From NCBI GenBank assembly GCA_964436855.1, contig CAYTED010000006.1:19681-83680 (forward strand): 64,000 nt of DNA, given 5' to 3'. The notes under the pieces are model-generated. The model was not told where the DNA came from, made no database searches, and worked only from the letters and a program-made list of their open reading frames with translations. The position numbers were made by a program, and so were the translations under genes. Position 1 is the stretch's first letter. Each line of letters starts with the position of its first letter. Below are positions 27,226-37,293 of this stretch, one piece after another. The stretch comes from an uncultured Bdellovibrionales bacterium (lineage in GTDB: Bacteria > Patescibacteriota > Minisyncoccia > Moranbacterales > UBA1568).

Positions 27226-28932
27226 ATGGATTTTCAGACACACAATAACAATATTCGCGGGGTGAGTTTCTCGAATCCTTCAGAAGGAGGGCATGAGGAT
27301 GACGATCTTGTCTTTGATCCGCAGGAAGAGCGGAAGCGAATCGCAGAGGGAACGGAGGAATACCTCGGCGAGCTTCGCCGCGAGTGGGCGACGCGAAACG
27401 CGGGAAAACAATTGTTTCCGGAAAGTGTGGTGCGATTGAGTGAGCCGCTCCGGAACTGGATGCTGTCGATTGATCGGACGAGTTTTTACGATCGTCTTGC
27501 TGCGGAAACGAAACTTTCCTTCGAAGATCGAATCGGTCTCGCGAAAGCGGGATGGGAAATCGCCCTTGGTTCGAATTGGGGAGATCTGACACCGATTCTT
27601 TCCAAGTATATCCAATTGAATCCGTCGGCAATTTCTTTGCTTACGAACAAATTTTCAACGGAATTTCTTCCGAAAGCGAAAGAACTTTCGATACAGCAAG
27701 GGAAGCCTTCCATGCCGAGTGCATTTTCGGCATCGGTTCCGGAACAAAAATCTTTTGAACAACTCTCTTTGCTTCAAGCGTTGGGGAAATATCAGAATCT
27801 TGGGAATCAGCAGATAACGGGGTCGAAGATCGCGATTAAGGGGCAAAACGATCCGGTACGTCCGACGATTTTCAATTGGCTGAAAGCGTATCGTGATGAA
27901 CTCGGCGTGGGCAGGCACGATGCGGTCGTACGGGGAAATTTTCTCTTTCATTCGATCAATGGGAAGGGGCTCTCGGCGGAGGAGCGCGAGCGGCTCGGTA
28001 TGATCTTGAAGTCGCTTGATGAAAATGTGCCGGTGTCGGTGGACCCCGGGAAGCAGGAGATTGTGTTTCAAGAGGTGAGACCCGCCCACATTCCTTCAGA
28101 AAGTGTAGTGGGCAGGAGTGAGAGGCGAGAGGTGAGGAATGAGAAAGAAGATGCAGGCGTGACAAAGCCGGCATTTGCGATGCTCGCGCATCATCCGGAG
28201 GCGGCGTCTTATGAATCAAGAGCGAGGAATCAAGAGTTTAGAAATGAAAGAACAGATCAAAACATAAACAACACACGTCAAATAACCGAGCCGCCGAAAA
28301 TGTCGGAACAAATCGAGCTCGGGAAGCTTGCCGTGGTTCCCGGCGGATCGATGGTAAAAGAGGTTTCGGAGCCGGCCCCGGCTTCGGTGCCGCGTCGTGT
28401 GTCGTTTGAGCCGGCGAAAATCGAGAAGTTTGAATTTGGCACGAGTTCGGTTTCGGGTGGCGAGGCGAATCCGGTTTTTTCTGAATCAATTGAGCGATTT
28501 GGTGAAATCGAAAATACAATACCGCTTGCGACGCAGAATCCGAAGGTGGCGGAGTTTTTCAAGGCATCCCCAAAACATTCGAATCCTTCATCTCAAGAAG
28601 TTGGAGAATCGTCCTTGGAGAGAAGCGCTACAAGAGACGGAGAGATGAACAATGTGGGATCGGTGGTGTTTACGACAAAGCACGTTCTTCCGGCGGAAAA
28701 AGAAGCCGCGCTTGAAGCGAAAAAATCGGAAGAAAAACCGAAAGCCACTCCCAATACTCCGCTTTCAAAACCGGCATTCGATATTCCGAAGGTTGCCCCG
28801 AAACCAAAGCCGTCCGCACCGGCGCAACCGGTATATAATCCGGCGTATCGTATTCGCCCGATGTCGCATATGCATAAACAAGAAGAGGAGAAAGAGAATC
28901 TTCCTCCGAACGTAGTGAATTTGAAGGAGTGA
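27226..28932 (+). CDS. Hypothetical protein with a Pro/Glu-rich C-terminal half
   Basis: Long ORF, PTIFNWLKAY motif, ends NVVNLKE; directly upstream of prgI. Confidence 0.75.
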   Translation: MDFQTHNNNIRGVSFSNPSEGGHEDDDLVFDPQEERKRIAEGTEEYLGELRREWATRNAGKQLFPESVVRLSEPLRNWMLSIDRTSFYDRLAAETKLSFEDRIGLAKAGWEIALGSNWGDLTPILSKYIQLNPSAISLLTNKFSTEFLPKAKELSIQQGKPSMPSAFSASVPEQKSFEQLSLLQALGKYQNLGNQQITGSKIAIKGQNDPVRPTIFNWLKAYRDELGVGRHDAVVRGNFLFHSINGKGLSAEERERLGMILKSLDENVPVSVDPGKQEIVFQEVRPAHIPSESVVGRSERREVRNEKEDAGVTKPAFAMLAHHPEAASYESRARNQEFRNERTDQNINNTRQITEPPKMSEQIELGKLAVVPGGSMVKEVSEPAPASVPRRVSFEPAKIEKFEFGTSSVSGGEANPVFSESIERFGEIENTIPLATQNPKVAEFFKASPKHSNPSSQEVGESSLERSATRDGEMNNVGSVVFTTKHVLPAEKEAALEAKKSEEKPKATPNTPLSKPAFDIPKVAPKPKPSAPAQPVYNPAYRIRPMSHMHKQEEEKENLPPNVVNLKE

Positions 28933-28953
28933 TTGTGTGGTAGAATAAAAAAT

Positions 28954-29349
28954 ATGATGTTCAATGTTCCACAATATATTGATATCGAAGACAAAATTGC
29001 CGGGCCGTTTACGGCGAAGCAACTCGGCTGGCTTTTTGCCGGTGGCGGGGCGTTGCTTGTTCTTTATTCGCTCTTTGATACCGCGACGCTTGCGGTAACG
29101 GGACTTCCGGTGCTTCTTTTGTCGCTCGCGCTCGCGTTTTATAAGCCGAACGGCGTTCCGTTTTCAAAGTTCCTCGTGCATGCGCTTCTCTATGTTTTTC
29201 GTCCGAAAATCGCGGTGTGGGAGCGTCCGGTGCGACAGGCGAATACATTGAAAATTTTTCCGGAACAGAAAAAGGAGGAAGTAAAAGAACAAAAGCATGT
29301 GACCGTAGCGGAAATTAGCGAAATTGCGAGAATGATTGACCAAAAATAG
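28954..29349 (+). CDS. PrgI family protein (VirB3-like)
   Basis: FNVPQYIDIEDKIAGPFTAKQ, two TM. Confidence 0.88.
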   Translation: MMFNVPQYIDIEDKIAGPFTAKQLGWLFAGGGALLVLYSLFDTATLAVTGLPVLLLSLALAFYKPNGVPFSKFLVHALLYVFRPKIAVWERPVRQANTLKIFPEQKKEEVKEQKHVTVAEISEIARMIDQK

Positions 29350-29374
29350 TGACAAGTGACAAGGAATGTAAAGT

Positions 29375-30073
29375 ATGGAATTTCTGACAAAATCAAAAAA
29401 AGCGGAAGGATCGGGTCGGGCGAGTACCCAGCAATATATCGATGTCGAGCAGGTGCGCGATGGCGCGATCGTACTTCGGAATGGGTCGCTTCGCGCGGTT
29501 TTGCTTGTGTCGTCTGTGAACTTCGATCTCAAATCAAGCGAGGAACAAGACGCGACGATTATGCAGTATCAGAATTTCTTGAACTCGCTTGATTTTCCGG
29601 TGCAGATCGTGATTCAGTCGCGGCGGTTTAATGTGGAACCGTACCTCGCGCTTTTGCGGGACAAGGAAGCACAACAGGAAAACGAACTGCTTCGGTTTCA
29701 AATTTCCGAATACAAGTCCTTTATCGAAGGACTTGTGGAAGATCAGAATATTATCTCGAAGTTTTTCTATGTGGTCGTGCCGTTTTATCCGACCGAATCG
29801 CAATCGGAGGGGTTTGTGCAGAGGATCGGAGCGATGTTTAAGCCAAAGGAAACAATACTTGCCGATGAGAAGGTGTTCGAGGCGTACCGGAATCAACTCT
29901 ATCAACGCGTAAATCACGTGATGGCGGCGCTTGGAGCGACCGGCGTTCGACTCGCGGTGCTCGACACGGAAGATCTGATAGAGCTTCTCTACAATGCGTA
30001 TAACCCGTCACTTTTCACATCGGATGTGATTAAGGATTTGAGTCAGATAGAGTTGTCGGAAAAAGTACGGTAG
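29375..30073 (+). CDS. T4SS-associated protein (TraC/VirB4 N-terminal-like)
   Basis: STQQYI..VRDG..NFDLKSSEEQ..FLNSLDFPVQI; lies between prgI and virB4. Confidence 0.7.
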   Translation: MEFLTKSKKAEGSGRASTQQYIDVEQVRDGAIVLRNGSLRAVLLVSSVNFDLKSSEEQDATIMQYQNFLNSLDFPVQIVIQSRRFNVEPYLALLRDKEAQQENELLRFQISEYKSFIEGLVEDQNIISKFFYVVVPFYPTESQSEGFVQRIGAMFKPKETILADEKVFEAYRNQLYQRVNHVMAALGATGVRLAVLDTEDLIELLYNAYNPSLFTSDVIKDLSQIELSEKVR

Positions 30074-30161
30074 GAAGAAGAGGTAACAGATAACAGATAA
30101 CAAAGGAACCCCTCCCCGATCCTCCCCTTGAAAAGGGAAGGAGGGGAGGTAAAGAAGAAGT

Positions 30162-32006
30162 ATGGAGTTGCCGTTTTTGGGAAAAAAGAATATCGCGGGG
30201 AACGGAATGGGAGCGCAAGATGCGGTTCCGATGGCGGCGTTGCGCGAAGAAGCGAATCTTTATCAGCGCGGACTTGCGTCGATGAAAGATCTGATTGCGC
30301 CGCCCGCGGTAAAAGTAACGTCGAATTCGATGCAAGTCGGGGCAACAATCACTCGAACGATGTTTGTGGTGGCGTACCCGCGATATTTGTCTACGAATTG
30401 GTTTTCCCCAATCGTGAATTTGGATTTTCCGATGGATGTCACGCTCTTTGTGCACCCGATCGATACCGGAGAGATTTTGAAACAGCTTCGGAAGTCGGCA
30501 ACGCAAGTGGAATCGCAAATCGAGATCGAACAGGAGGGTGGGAAAATTCGCGACCCCGTGCTCGAGACGGCGATGCAAGATATCGACGCGCTTCGAGACC
30601 GGCTTTTGCAGGGAACGGAAAAATTTTTCCGATTCGGGTTGTATCTCACGCTTTTTTCGGAAGATGAGACGAAATTGAACGAGATGAGTCAGACGATCGA
30701 ATCGCTTCTTGAGGCGCAACTCGTATATGTGAAGCCGGCCGTACTTCGGATGGATGAGGGGTTCGCCTCGACGCGCCCCTTGGCGACCGACAATCTTGAT
30801 GTCGCGAATAACCTTAATACCGGACCGCTTTCAACCACGTTTCCGTTTGTGTCGTCGGATCTTTCGTCGAATACAGGGATTCTCTACGGTATCAATCGAC
30901 ACAACAATTCGCTCATTCTTTTTGATCGGTTCAAGATGGAAAACGCGAATATGGTGGTGTTCGCAAAATCCGGCGCCGGAAAAAGTTATACCGTGAAACT
31001 TGAAGTATTGCGGACGATGATGATGGGGACGAGCGTGATTATTATCGATCCGGAAAACGAGTACAAGCATCTTGCCGAAACGGTCGGAGGATCGTTTCTT
31101 AAGATCTCGCTGAATTCGGAAGTACACTTGAATCCGTTTGATTTGCCGAAGATTGCCGAATCGGACGATCCGGAAGGCGTGTTTCGGAATACAATCGCAA
31201 GTCTTGTCGGACTTTTGCACCTGATGCTTGGGACGGTTACGCCGGAAGAGGATTCGATTCTTGACCGGGCGATTCGCGAGACTTACGCGATCCGCGATAT
31301 CAGCGAGCGAGCGGACTTCAAGTCGCTTGACGCTGGGTCGTTCCCGACAATGTCGGACCTCTATGCGGTGCTGAAAAATATGGAAGGAGCGGAATCGCTC
31401 GCGGCACGGCTCGAGCGGTATACCGAGGGGATTTTTGCCGGCTTTCTCAATCATCAGACGAATATTACGACGGAAAATCAGCTGGTTGTTTTTAACATTC
31501 GAGATCTCGAAGACGAGCTTCGGCCGATCGCGATGTATATTATTCTCCAGTATATTTGGAATGAAATGCGATCGAATATGAGGCAGCGGATTGTTGTCGT
31601 GGATGAAGCGTGGGTAATGATGCAACACGAAGATGCAGCCGCGTTTCTTTTTGGTGTCGCGAAGCGTTGTCGGAAATATTTTACCGGCCTCACAACGATT
31701 ACGCAGGATATTTCCGATTTTATGGCGTCGCGATTCGGGAAGCCGATCGTTACGAATTCCTCGATGCAGCTTCTTCTCAAACAGTCGCCGTCGTCGATTG
31801 ATGTGATCGCGGAAACGTTTTATCTCACCGATCACGAGAAGTTTCTCTTGCTCGAATCGAATGTGGGCGAGGGGATTTTCTTCGCGGGGACGAAACATGT
31901 TGCGATTAAGGTGATCGCTTCGTACAGCGAGGATCAGATTATTACGACCGATCCGCGGCAGCTCCTCGAAATCGAAGAGGCGAAGAAGGAGTTTGAGGGG
32001 AAGTGA
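30162..32006 (+). CDS. virB4: VirB4-like conjugal-transfer ATPase
   Basis: AKSGAGKS Walker A, IDPENEY, VVDEAW, RKY, ITQ. Confidence 0.88.
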   Translation: MELPFLGKKNIAGNGMGAQDAVPMAALREEANLYQRGLASMKDLIAPPAVKVTSNSMQVGATITRTMFVVAYPRYLSTNWFSPIVNLDFPMDVTLFVHPIDTGEILKQLRKSATQVESQIEIEQEGGKIRDPVLETAMQDIDALRDRLLQGTEKFFRFGLYLTLFSEDETKLNEMSQTIESLLEAQLVYVKPAVLRMDEGFASTRPLATDNLDVANNLNTGPLSTTFPFVSSDLSSNTGILYGINRHNNSLILFDRFKMENANMVVFAKSGAGKSYTVKLEVLRTMMMGTSVIIIDPENEYKHLAETVGGSFLKISLNSEVHLNPFDLPKIAESDDPEGVFRNTIASLVGLLHLMLGTVTPEEDSILDRAIRETYAIRDISERADFKSLDAGSFPTMSDLYAVLKNMEGAESLAARLERYTEGIFAGFLNHQTNITTENQLVVFNIRDLEDELRPIAMYIILQYIWNEMRSNMRQRIVVVDEAWVMMQHEDAAAFLFGVAKRCRKYFTGLTTITQDISDFMASRFGKPIVTNSSMQLLLKQSPSSIDVIAETFYLTDHEKFLLLESNVGEGIFFAGTKHVAIKVIASYSEDQIITTDPRQLLEIEEAKKEFEGK

Positions 32007-32046
32007 GGCAGAGAAAGATGATTGATAACAGATAATACTATTTTGT

Positions 32047-32598
32047 ATGCCGGTACCGATTGTTGCGGCGGTTGGAGGAGCAGCGGTGCGAGGAGTCGCC
32101 TCTGGTGGCGCGCGTTCGACGATTCGCGGAACTGCTCGGAATGCTCGTCGAAAATATATTGAAGCGACGGAACAGGCGTTTTTGTTTGAGCAGGGTGAGG
32201 CGGAGATACGGAAACATCATACATCGCTTCTTCTATATGCACCCGCATTTATGGTCGCTGGTTTTAAGGATATGATGGATTTGGTTGGTATCGGATCGCT
32301 TCCGGGCATCGGAACGATTGTGACTCTTTGTTGCTCGATACTGATTTTTCTTCTTTTGTTTATCACGCGGACGAATAAATCTCTCATTCAATCGCGATTT
32401 TTGATTCGAGCCGGACTGATTCTTATTTTCGCGACTCTCGTCGAAGGACTTGCGTTGGGCCTTAATTTTCTCCCCATAGAGATAATGACGATCTATGCGA
32501 TTTATTGGCTTGACAAGCACGAAGGATCAAAGGCCGCGCAGGCGATTCAAGGGACGCTTTCTTTGGTAGCTCGTTCCGGAAAGTTTGGAAGAGAGTAA
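32047..32598 (+). CDS. Hypothetical membrane protein
   Basis: Several TM segments, operon context. Confidence 0.65.
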   Translation: MPVPIVAAVGGAAVRGVASGGARSTIRGTARNARRKYIEATEQAFLFEQGEAEIRKHHTSLLLYAPAFMVAGFKDMMDLVGIGSLPGIGTIVTLCCSILIFLLLFITRTNKSLIQSRFLIRAGLILIFATLVEGLALGLNFLPIEIMTIYAIYWLDKHEGSKAAQAIQGTLSLVARSGKFGRE

Positions 32599-32611
32599 TA
32601 TATTTGAATTT

Positions 32612-33277
32612 ATGAATACTATTGTTGTACGTGAAATGTTTTCGGATCGAAAATTCCTTGTAACCGGAGGAGTGATAATCTCAATTCTTCTTCTGTATGC
32701 GTTTTTTCCGGAATCGGTCGGACTCGCGCCGGTTCTTCAGGGCATTATTGCGCTCTTTCTTTTCTTTTTCCTCTTTCCGGTTCTCTATTGTAAAATAATA
32801 CTGAAGGAACCGATCTTTACGCTCGGATTTCGGTTTCCGGAGGGGGTGGCCGGTTGGTTTTTTGTTCTTTTTGCGGTCGTTCTTGGTATCGGAGGAGCTT
32901 TTCTCTTGAAGATATTTTTTCCGGAAGCAATGTCCGACGCGGCGATTCCCGATACGGTCAGAAAATCGTTTGGATCGTTCCTTCGGTTCGAACTTTTTTC
33001 GATCGTTATTCTCTTCTTGTATGAAGTGTTTTTCCGCGGGTTCGTAATGCTTTCGTGGCTTTCTCGATTTGGTCGGGGATCGGTGGTATTGCAGTGGGTC
33101 GTGTTTATGTTGTTTCTTGCAACCACGGGAACATTCGGGTGGGATCAGGCGCGGATGATTCTTTTTGCGCCGCTTGCCGGGTGGATCGCGCTTTCGACTC
33201 GATCAATCGGCTTCTCGTTTCTTGCGGCGACTCTTTTTTTTCTCATCACCGATATTATTATTCTTTTTTCCCGATAA
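32612..33277 (+). CDS. CPBP/Abi-like intramembrane protease homolog (degenerate)
   Basis: YEVFFRG and TRSI motifs, many TM; start uncertain. Confidence 0.6.
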   Translation: MNTIVVREMFSDRKFLVTGGVIISILLLYAFFPESVGLAPVLQGIIALFLFFFLFPVLYCKIILKEPIFTLGFRFPEGVAGWFFVLFAVVLGIGGAFLLKIFFPEAMSDAAIPDTVRKSFGSFLRFELFSIVILFLYEVFFRGFVMLSWLSRFGRGSVVLQWVVFMLFLATTGTFGWDQARMILFAPLAGWIALSTRSIGFSFLAATLFFLITDIIILFSR

Positions 33278-33280
33278 TAT

Positions 33281-36031
33281 ATGAATCAAAAAAACAAAAA
33301 ATTTTTGAGAAGTACGCTCGCGGTCGTTTCCGCGTTTGCGGTTATCCTCCAAGTGTCTTTTCCGGTCGCGTTTGCGCGTGGGATAAAAATCCCCTCGCCG
33401 TCGGAAGTCGCCGCCGAACTCGAGCAACGCTATAATCTGAATCTCGGGAGTATTCAGACACAGTCGCAACAATTCAATGTCGCCAATCAGAAAAAGACAA
33501 CTCCGGAAGTTTCGCTTTTTTTCTCTCCGTCCGATCCGAAGCCGGGGCAGAAAGTATCCGCCGCGGCGCTTCCGGCATTTTTTTCGAATGAGAAAAGCGA
33601 TCTTTATTTTACCTGGTATTTGAAACGGAAAGACTGTGATCTGACGAATAGTCCGAGCGCGGAAGAGCGTCTTCGTTGCGATGCCGATAATAATGGGAAA
33701 ATTACGGTTAACGATTGGAAGGTGGAAGCCGCTCGCATTGTCGCGCTGAACGGATATGACAATGGCGACGCGGATTATTCTCCGGCAAACGGAGACAGCG
33801 ACTCCGACGGATACAAGGCTCTTTTCGGTGGTGATAACAAACCCGGATCCCCGGATCGATGCGCGGTGTATGATTCCGGGTCGGGGGATATTTACGAGAT
33901 CGGCAAGGGAGGAAATACGAATATCGATATCTGTCCCGCCGGAACAACTCCCGCTTGTATGATTGCTCGGGAAGAGGTGAGCGGCGGAGATTTTTCTTCC
34001 GGATCAGGATCGGCGTTTTCGGTTGCGGATACGACGGTGTGCGATTTTGCCGGGTATCCGTATTGCTCTACAACGACCACCACCTGTCGAACGGGAAGTT
34101 TGAAATGCGTTTCCGATCCGTATGCGGGAAGTTGCGGCTCGGATCCGTCGACAACCACATGTAGCGTAACGACATCGTCTTCTTTCACCTCCAAGTGCCG
34201 ACACCTTTTTGCGAGTTCCGGAACGGGTCAAACAGGAGATGGCAATTTTAAAAATGAGGAAGAAGAATTTTGGCGCACCGATCCCAAGGATCCCGGGACG
34301 GCGAACAATGGCAATAAGGATGAGGCGAATATCGTCGGACTCGGTCGGGATACGTTTTCGTGGACCTATGACGCCGGCGACAAGGTAGGGGTTTCGGTGG
34401 AGGGTACCTCTATGATCACCACAAAGCACGATGATTCTTCCGCGTATATTATGTGGGCGTTTTCGAAAAACAAGTGTCCGATTGCGGAAGCGGACGACAC
34501 GGGCGGATATGTGAAAAATATTCGCGGGTTCAATGTAACATTTCCCACGGCGGATATTGATTTGAATAAATGTCTCGAGATGAATTTAGTCGATCCTGCG
34601 GAAGGGGGGCAGCCGGGACAAATCTCGGTCGATGTTTCCGCTACGCCGGATCGTCCGGTGAATGATGAAACGGGAAATCTTTCGGGCGATATCGTGCTCG
34701 CGCTCGCTTCCCTTTCCAATTCTTCGAAAACACCGGGAGAAATTTTGTTCGAGTGGAGAGTGAGTCTCGCGAATAATATTCAATTCGACAATAGTGGATC
34801 CGGTCGACGATCGACCGATATCACGGATGAATTGAAGGAAGAAGGCTTGCTTCGGAATGTTCGCGGGAACGGACTTTCGCAGCTTTCACTCCCGATGAAT
34901 CTTCCGAAGTCATTCAAATCCGGCTTGCGGCTTTCGGATTATCTTGATTCCAGTAAGACCGGGTATATCCGGTTCTCTCTGCTTGCTTCCGAAAATTTCG
35001 ATTCCGGTCCGACGCGAAAAGGGCGCGGTGAAGCGATTCTCAAATTTCAGAATGTCGGAGACCGGATCAATGCCTATGCGCCAACCGTATCCGGAAATCC
35101 CGCCAAGCTTTCTTTTACTACCGGAAAAAACGGAACGGAAATTTGTAACGAAAATCTTTTTTCCGAATCGGTGTGCAAGGTAATGAAAAATGAGATTATC
35201 GGACTTACGGTCGGGACGAGCGGATTCGACCGGTTTCATTGGACGGTGAACGGAAAACCGCTTGGGTGCTCGTCTGTATTATCGGCGCGATGTAAAGATG
35301 ATGAAGAGACCGATACGGTATTTTTGCCGATAATCGGCAATGTCGGTGAAACATATACGATATCGGTTGATGCGACAAATATTGTGTCCGGGGCGGCGGC
35401 AACCCTGTCTCGATCGTTTCGCATTGTCGATCCGGATGTTGAAATATTGTCTCTCGATACCAATTCGGCGTGGAGGCGTTTACTTGGGCAGTACAAGGAT
35501 TTGGACGGAAAACTTTATGATGATGTGAGTCGGACAAGTTTTCAGGCGTTTGGAGGAGGCGAGGTTCGACTGAAACCGGAATTTTCTCCCGGCTTTTTAC
35601 AGAAACTTTCGCAGCGCGAATGGAGGGTTGACGGGCAGGTGGTTGCGGAGAATTCCGACGGCGAGCTCTCCTTTATCGTTGAAAAGCCGGCCGGATCGAC
35701 CTACGATGTGGAGCTTTCCGCTCTTTACAATCAATCGACGGAGATTCGGAAAATATTGCGGGACTTTTTCAATATTTCCGTGTTTGATTCGGATGATGTG
35801 AGATTCTCAAAGACGATTCAGGTGGAAGTTGTCGAAAGCGAGGATTCGGTTGCGAGTGCTAAGAAGGGTATTTTCGGCAATCAGACCGGACTCGCGGCAA
35901 TCGCAAGTTATCTTCCATCCTCGATTCTTTTCTCGTTAAAGGTGATACTCTCGGGATTTCTTATTCTCGTTATCGCGTCGTTCGCTCTTTCGATTCAACC
36001 GAGTGTTCCGATACGCCGCTCGGAGGAGTAA
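33281..36031 (+). CDS. Large secreted, C-terminally anchored Cys-rich surface protein
   Basis: Signal peptide, DADNNGKITVND Ca-loop, Cys/Thr-rich block, beta-rich repeats, C-terminal TM. Confidence 0.8.
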   Translation: MNQKNKKFLRSTLAVVSAFAVILQVSFPVAFARGIKIPSPSEVAAELEQRYNLNLGSIQTQSQQFNVANQKKTTPEVSLFFSPSDPKPGQKVSAAALPAFFSNEKSDLYFTWYLKRKDCDLTNSPSAEERLRCDADNNGKITVNDWKVEAARIVALNGYDNGDADYSPANGDSDSDGYKALFGGDNKPGSPDRCAVYDSGSGDIYEIGKGGNTNIDICPAGTTPACMIAREEVSGGDFSSGSGSAFSVADTTVCDFAGYPYCSTTTTTCRTGSLKCVSDPYAGSCGSDPSTTTCSVTTSSSFTSKCRHLFASSGTGQTGDGNFKNEEEEFWRTDPKDPGTANNGNKDEANIVGLGRDTFSWTYDAGDKVGVSVEGTSMITTKHDDSSAYIMWAFSKNKCPIAEADDTGGYVKNIRGFNVTFPTADIDLNKCLEMNLVDPAEGGQPGQISVDVSATPDRPVNDETGNLSGDIVLALASLSNSSKTPGEILFEWRVSLANNIQFDNSGSGRRSTDITDELKEEGLLRNVRGNGLSQLSLPMNLPKSFKSGLRLSDYLDSSKTGYIRFSLLASENFDSGPTRKGRGEAILKFQNVGDRINAYAPTVSGNPAKLSFTTGKNGTEICNENLFSESVCKVMKNEIIGLTVGTSGFDRFHWTVNGKPLGCSSVLSARCKDDEETDTVFLPIIGNVGETYTISVDATNIVSGAAATLSRSFRIVDPDVEILSLDTNSAWRRLLGQYKDLDGKLYDDVSRTSFQAFGGGEVRLKPEFSPGFLQKLSQREWRVDGQVVAENSDGELSFIVEKPAGSTYDVELSALYNQSTEIRKILRDFFNISVFDSDDVRFSKTIQVEVVESEDSVASAKKGIFGNQTGLAAIASYLPSSILFSLKVILSGFLILVIASFALSIQPSVPIRRSEE

Positions 36032-36062
36032 GCGAAGAAATACGGTGCGCTGATTTCTCTGA

Positions 36063-36092
36063 AAAAACACCCTCTCATGGGGTGTTTTTTTT
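36063..36092. terminator. Bidirectional terminator
   Basis: aaaaacaccc..gggtgttttttt between convergent genes. Confidence 0.7.
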
Positions 36093-36177
36093 TGGTGCCT
36101 TGGGAGAGACTCGAACTCTCATGGATTGCTCCGCTAGTTCCTAAAACTAGTGCGTATACCAATTCCGCCACCAAGGC
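36093..36177 (-). tRNA. tRNA-Leu(TAG)
   Basis: Cloverleaf, anticodon arm ctagt-tttagga-actag, long variable arm, encoded CCA. Confidence 0.95.
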
Positions 36178-36192
36178 ATAGAAGTTGTTTCC

Positions 36193-36513
36193 CTATTTAT
36201 TTTCGAAGATTTTTGTATTTGATCCGAAGAGTCGTAGGAGGCGATCGACTTCATTTTTGAGAGGACCTTCATTGTCGTATTCGCCGTGATGGCGAGTTTC
36301 TTTTCCGTACGTTTCTTTTTTTTGGTCGAGATGGATATTGACAGTTATGTCGGTTTTTTCAATTTTCGCATAGGCATGGAATCGCGGGAAGCCGGCGCTT
36401 GCAAGCGGGCGAACAAAGCTCATCTCATCGCCTTCTTTCCGTTGAAAGGTGTATCCGGCGCGACGAAAGAGGGTAGTGGGATTTTCGGTAAGATTGCGAA
36501 TGGAGAGTTTCAT
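36193..36513 (-). CDS. Conserved hypothetical protein
   Basis: MKLSIRN...RRAGY...FPRFH...HLDQKK...H.GEY. Confidence 0.75.
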   Translation of the reverse strand: MKLSIRNLTENPTTLFRRAGYTFQRKEGDEMSFVRPLASAGFPRFHAYAKIEKTDITVNIHLDQKKETYGKETRHHGEYDNEGPLKNEVDRLLRLFGSNTKIFENK

Positions 36514-36544
36514 AGGAAAGAAATGAGAGGGGGTGAATGAGGGT

Positions 36545-37114
36545 TCAGAATGTATAGAAATGAACGCTTGAAATGATCCGGTATTTTTTTTTGGGAATGG
36601 GAAGTGTAAGGATTGGCGGGATGGATTGTGGGAGGAGAAAGGTTGGTGTAATGACCAGAGCACCTTGTTTTAATTCGCGTTTGAATTTTTCGGAAAGTTG
36701 CGCAAGAGTTTTTGAGAAAAGATACGCATAAATCAAATCGGCTTTTTCGTAGGTTTCAAGGAAAATGTTTTTTCGGAGGATTTGTATGTTGTTGGGATTG
36801 CCGACCCGCCAGAGTTTGAAAATCGCGAGGAGATAGGGGAGGAGATTTTTTTCGATTCCGATATAGGTATTTTTTGGATATTTCCGGAAACACTCGATGA
36901 GAAATCTCGCATCTCCGCATCCGAGATCGTATATGATTGCGCCTTCTCGCGGAAAATTCGGATGATCGATAATCGCCTTTAGGGCTTCCTTTTCAACCGG
37001 AACGAATGGCGGTTCTCCCTGAAGCATTCGTACTTCTGTCAGGATGAGGGAGGAAATAAAAAAAATCGCAGCCACAAGAAAAAGAAGCTGAAGAAAAAGA
37101 AGAAAGAGAAACAT
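36545..37114 (-). CDS. Membrane-anchored SAM-dependent methyltransferase
   Basis: PFVP, YDLGCGDAR, GIE. Confidence 0.85.
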   Translation of the reverse strand: MFLFLLFLQLLFLVAAIFFISSLILTEVRMLQGEPPFVPVEKEALKAIIDHPNFPREGAIIYDLGCGDARFLIECFRKYPKNTYIGIEKNLLPYLLAIFKLWRVGNPNNIQILRKNIFLETYEKADLIYAYLFSKTLAQLSEKFKRELKQGALVITPTFLLPQSIPPILTLPIPKKKYRIISSVHFYTF

Positions 37115-37130
37115 CTTTGTTTTTTACCAG

Positions 37131-37201
37131 TCGGAGTGCCGGGAATCGAACCCGGGTTACACGCACCCGAAGCGTGCGTAATACCACTATACCACACTCC
37201 G
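37131..37201 (-). tRNA. tRNA-Pro(CGG)
   Basis: Anticodon arm cacgc-ttcgggt-gcgtg, GGTTCGATTCC T-arm; CCA not encoded. Confidence 0.93.
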
Positions 37202-37293
37202 ATTTTATGGATTTATGATGTATGATTTTTGATTGAAGAATAGATGCGGAAACATTCATTCATAAATCTTAAATCTAAAATCCCAAATCATTC

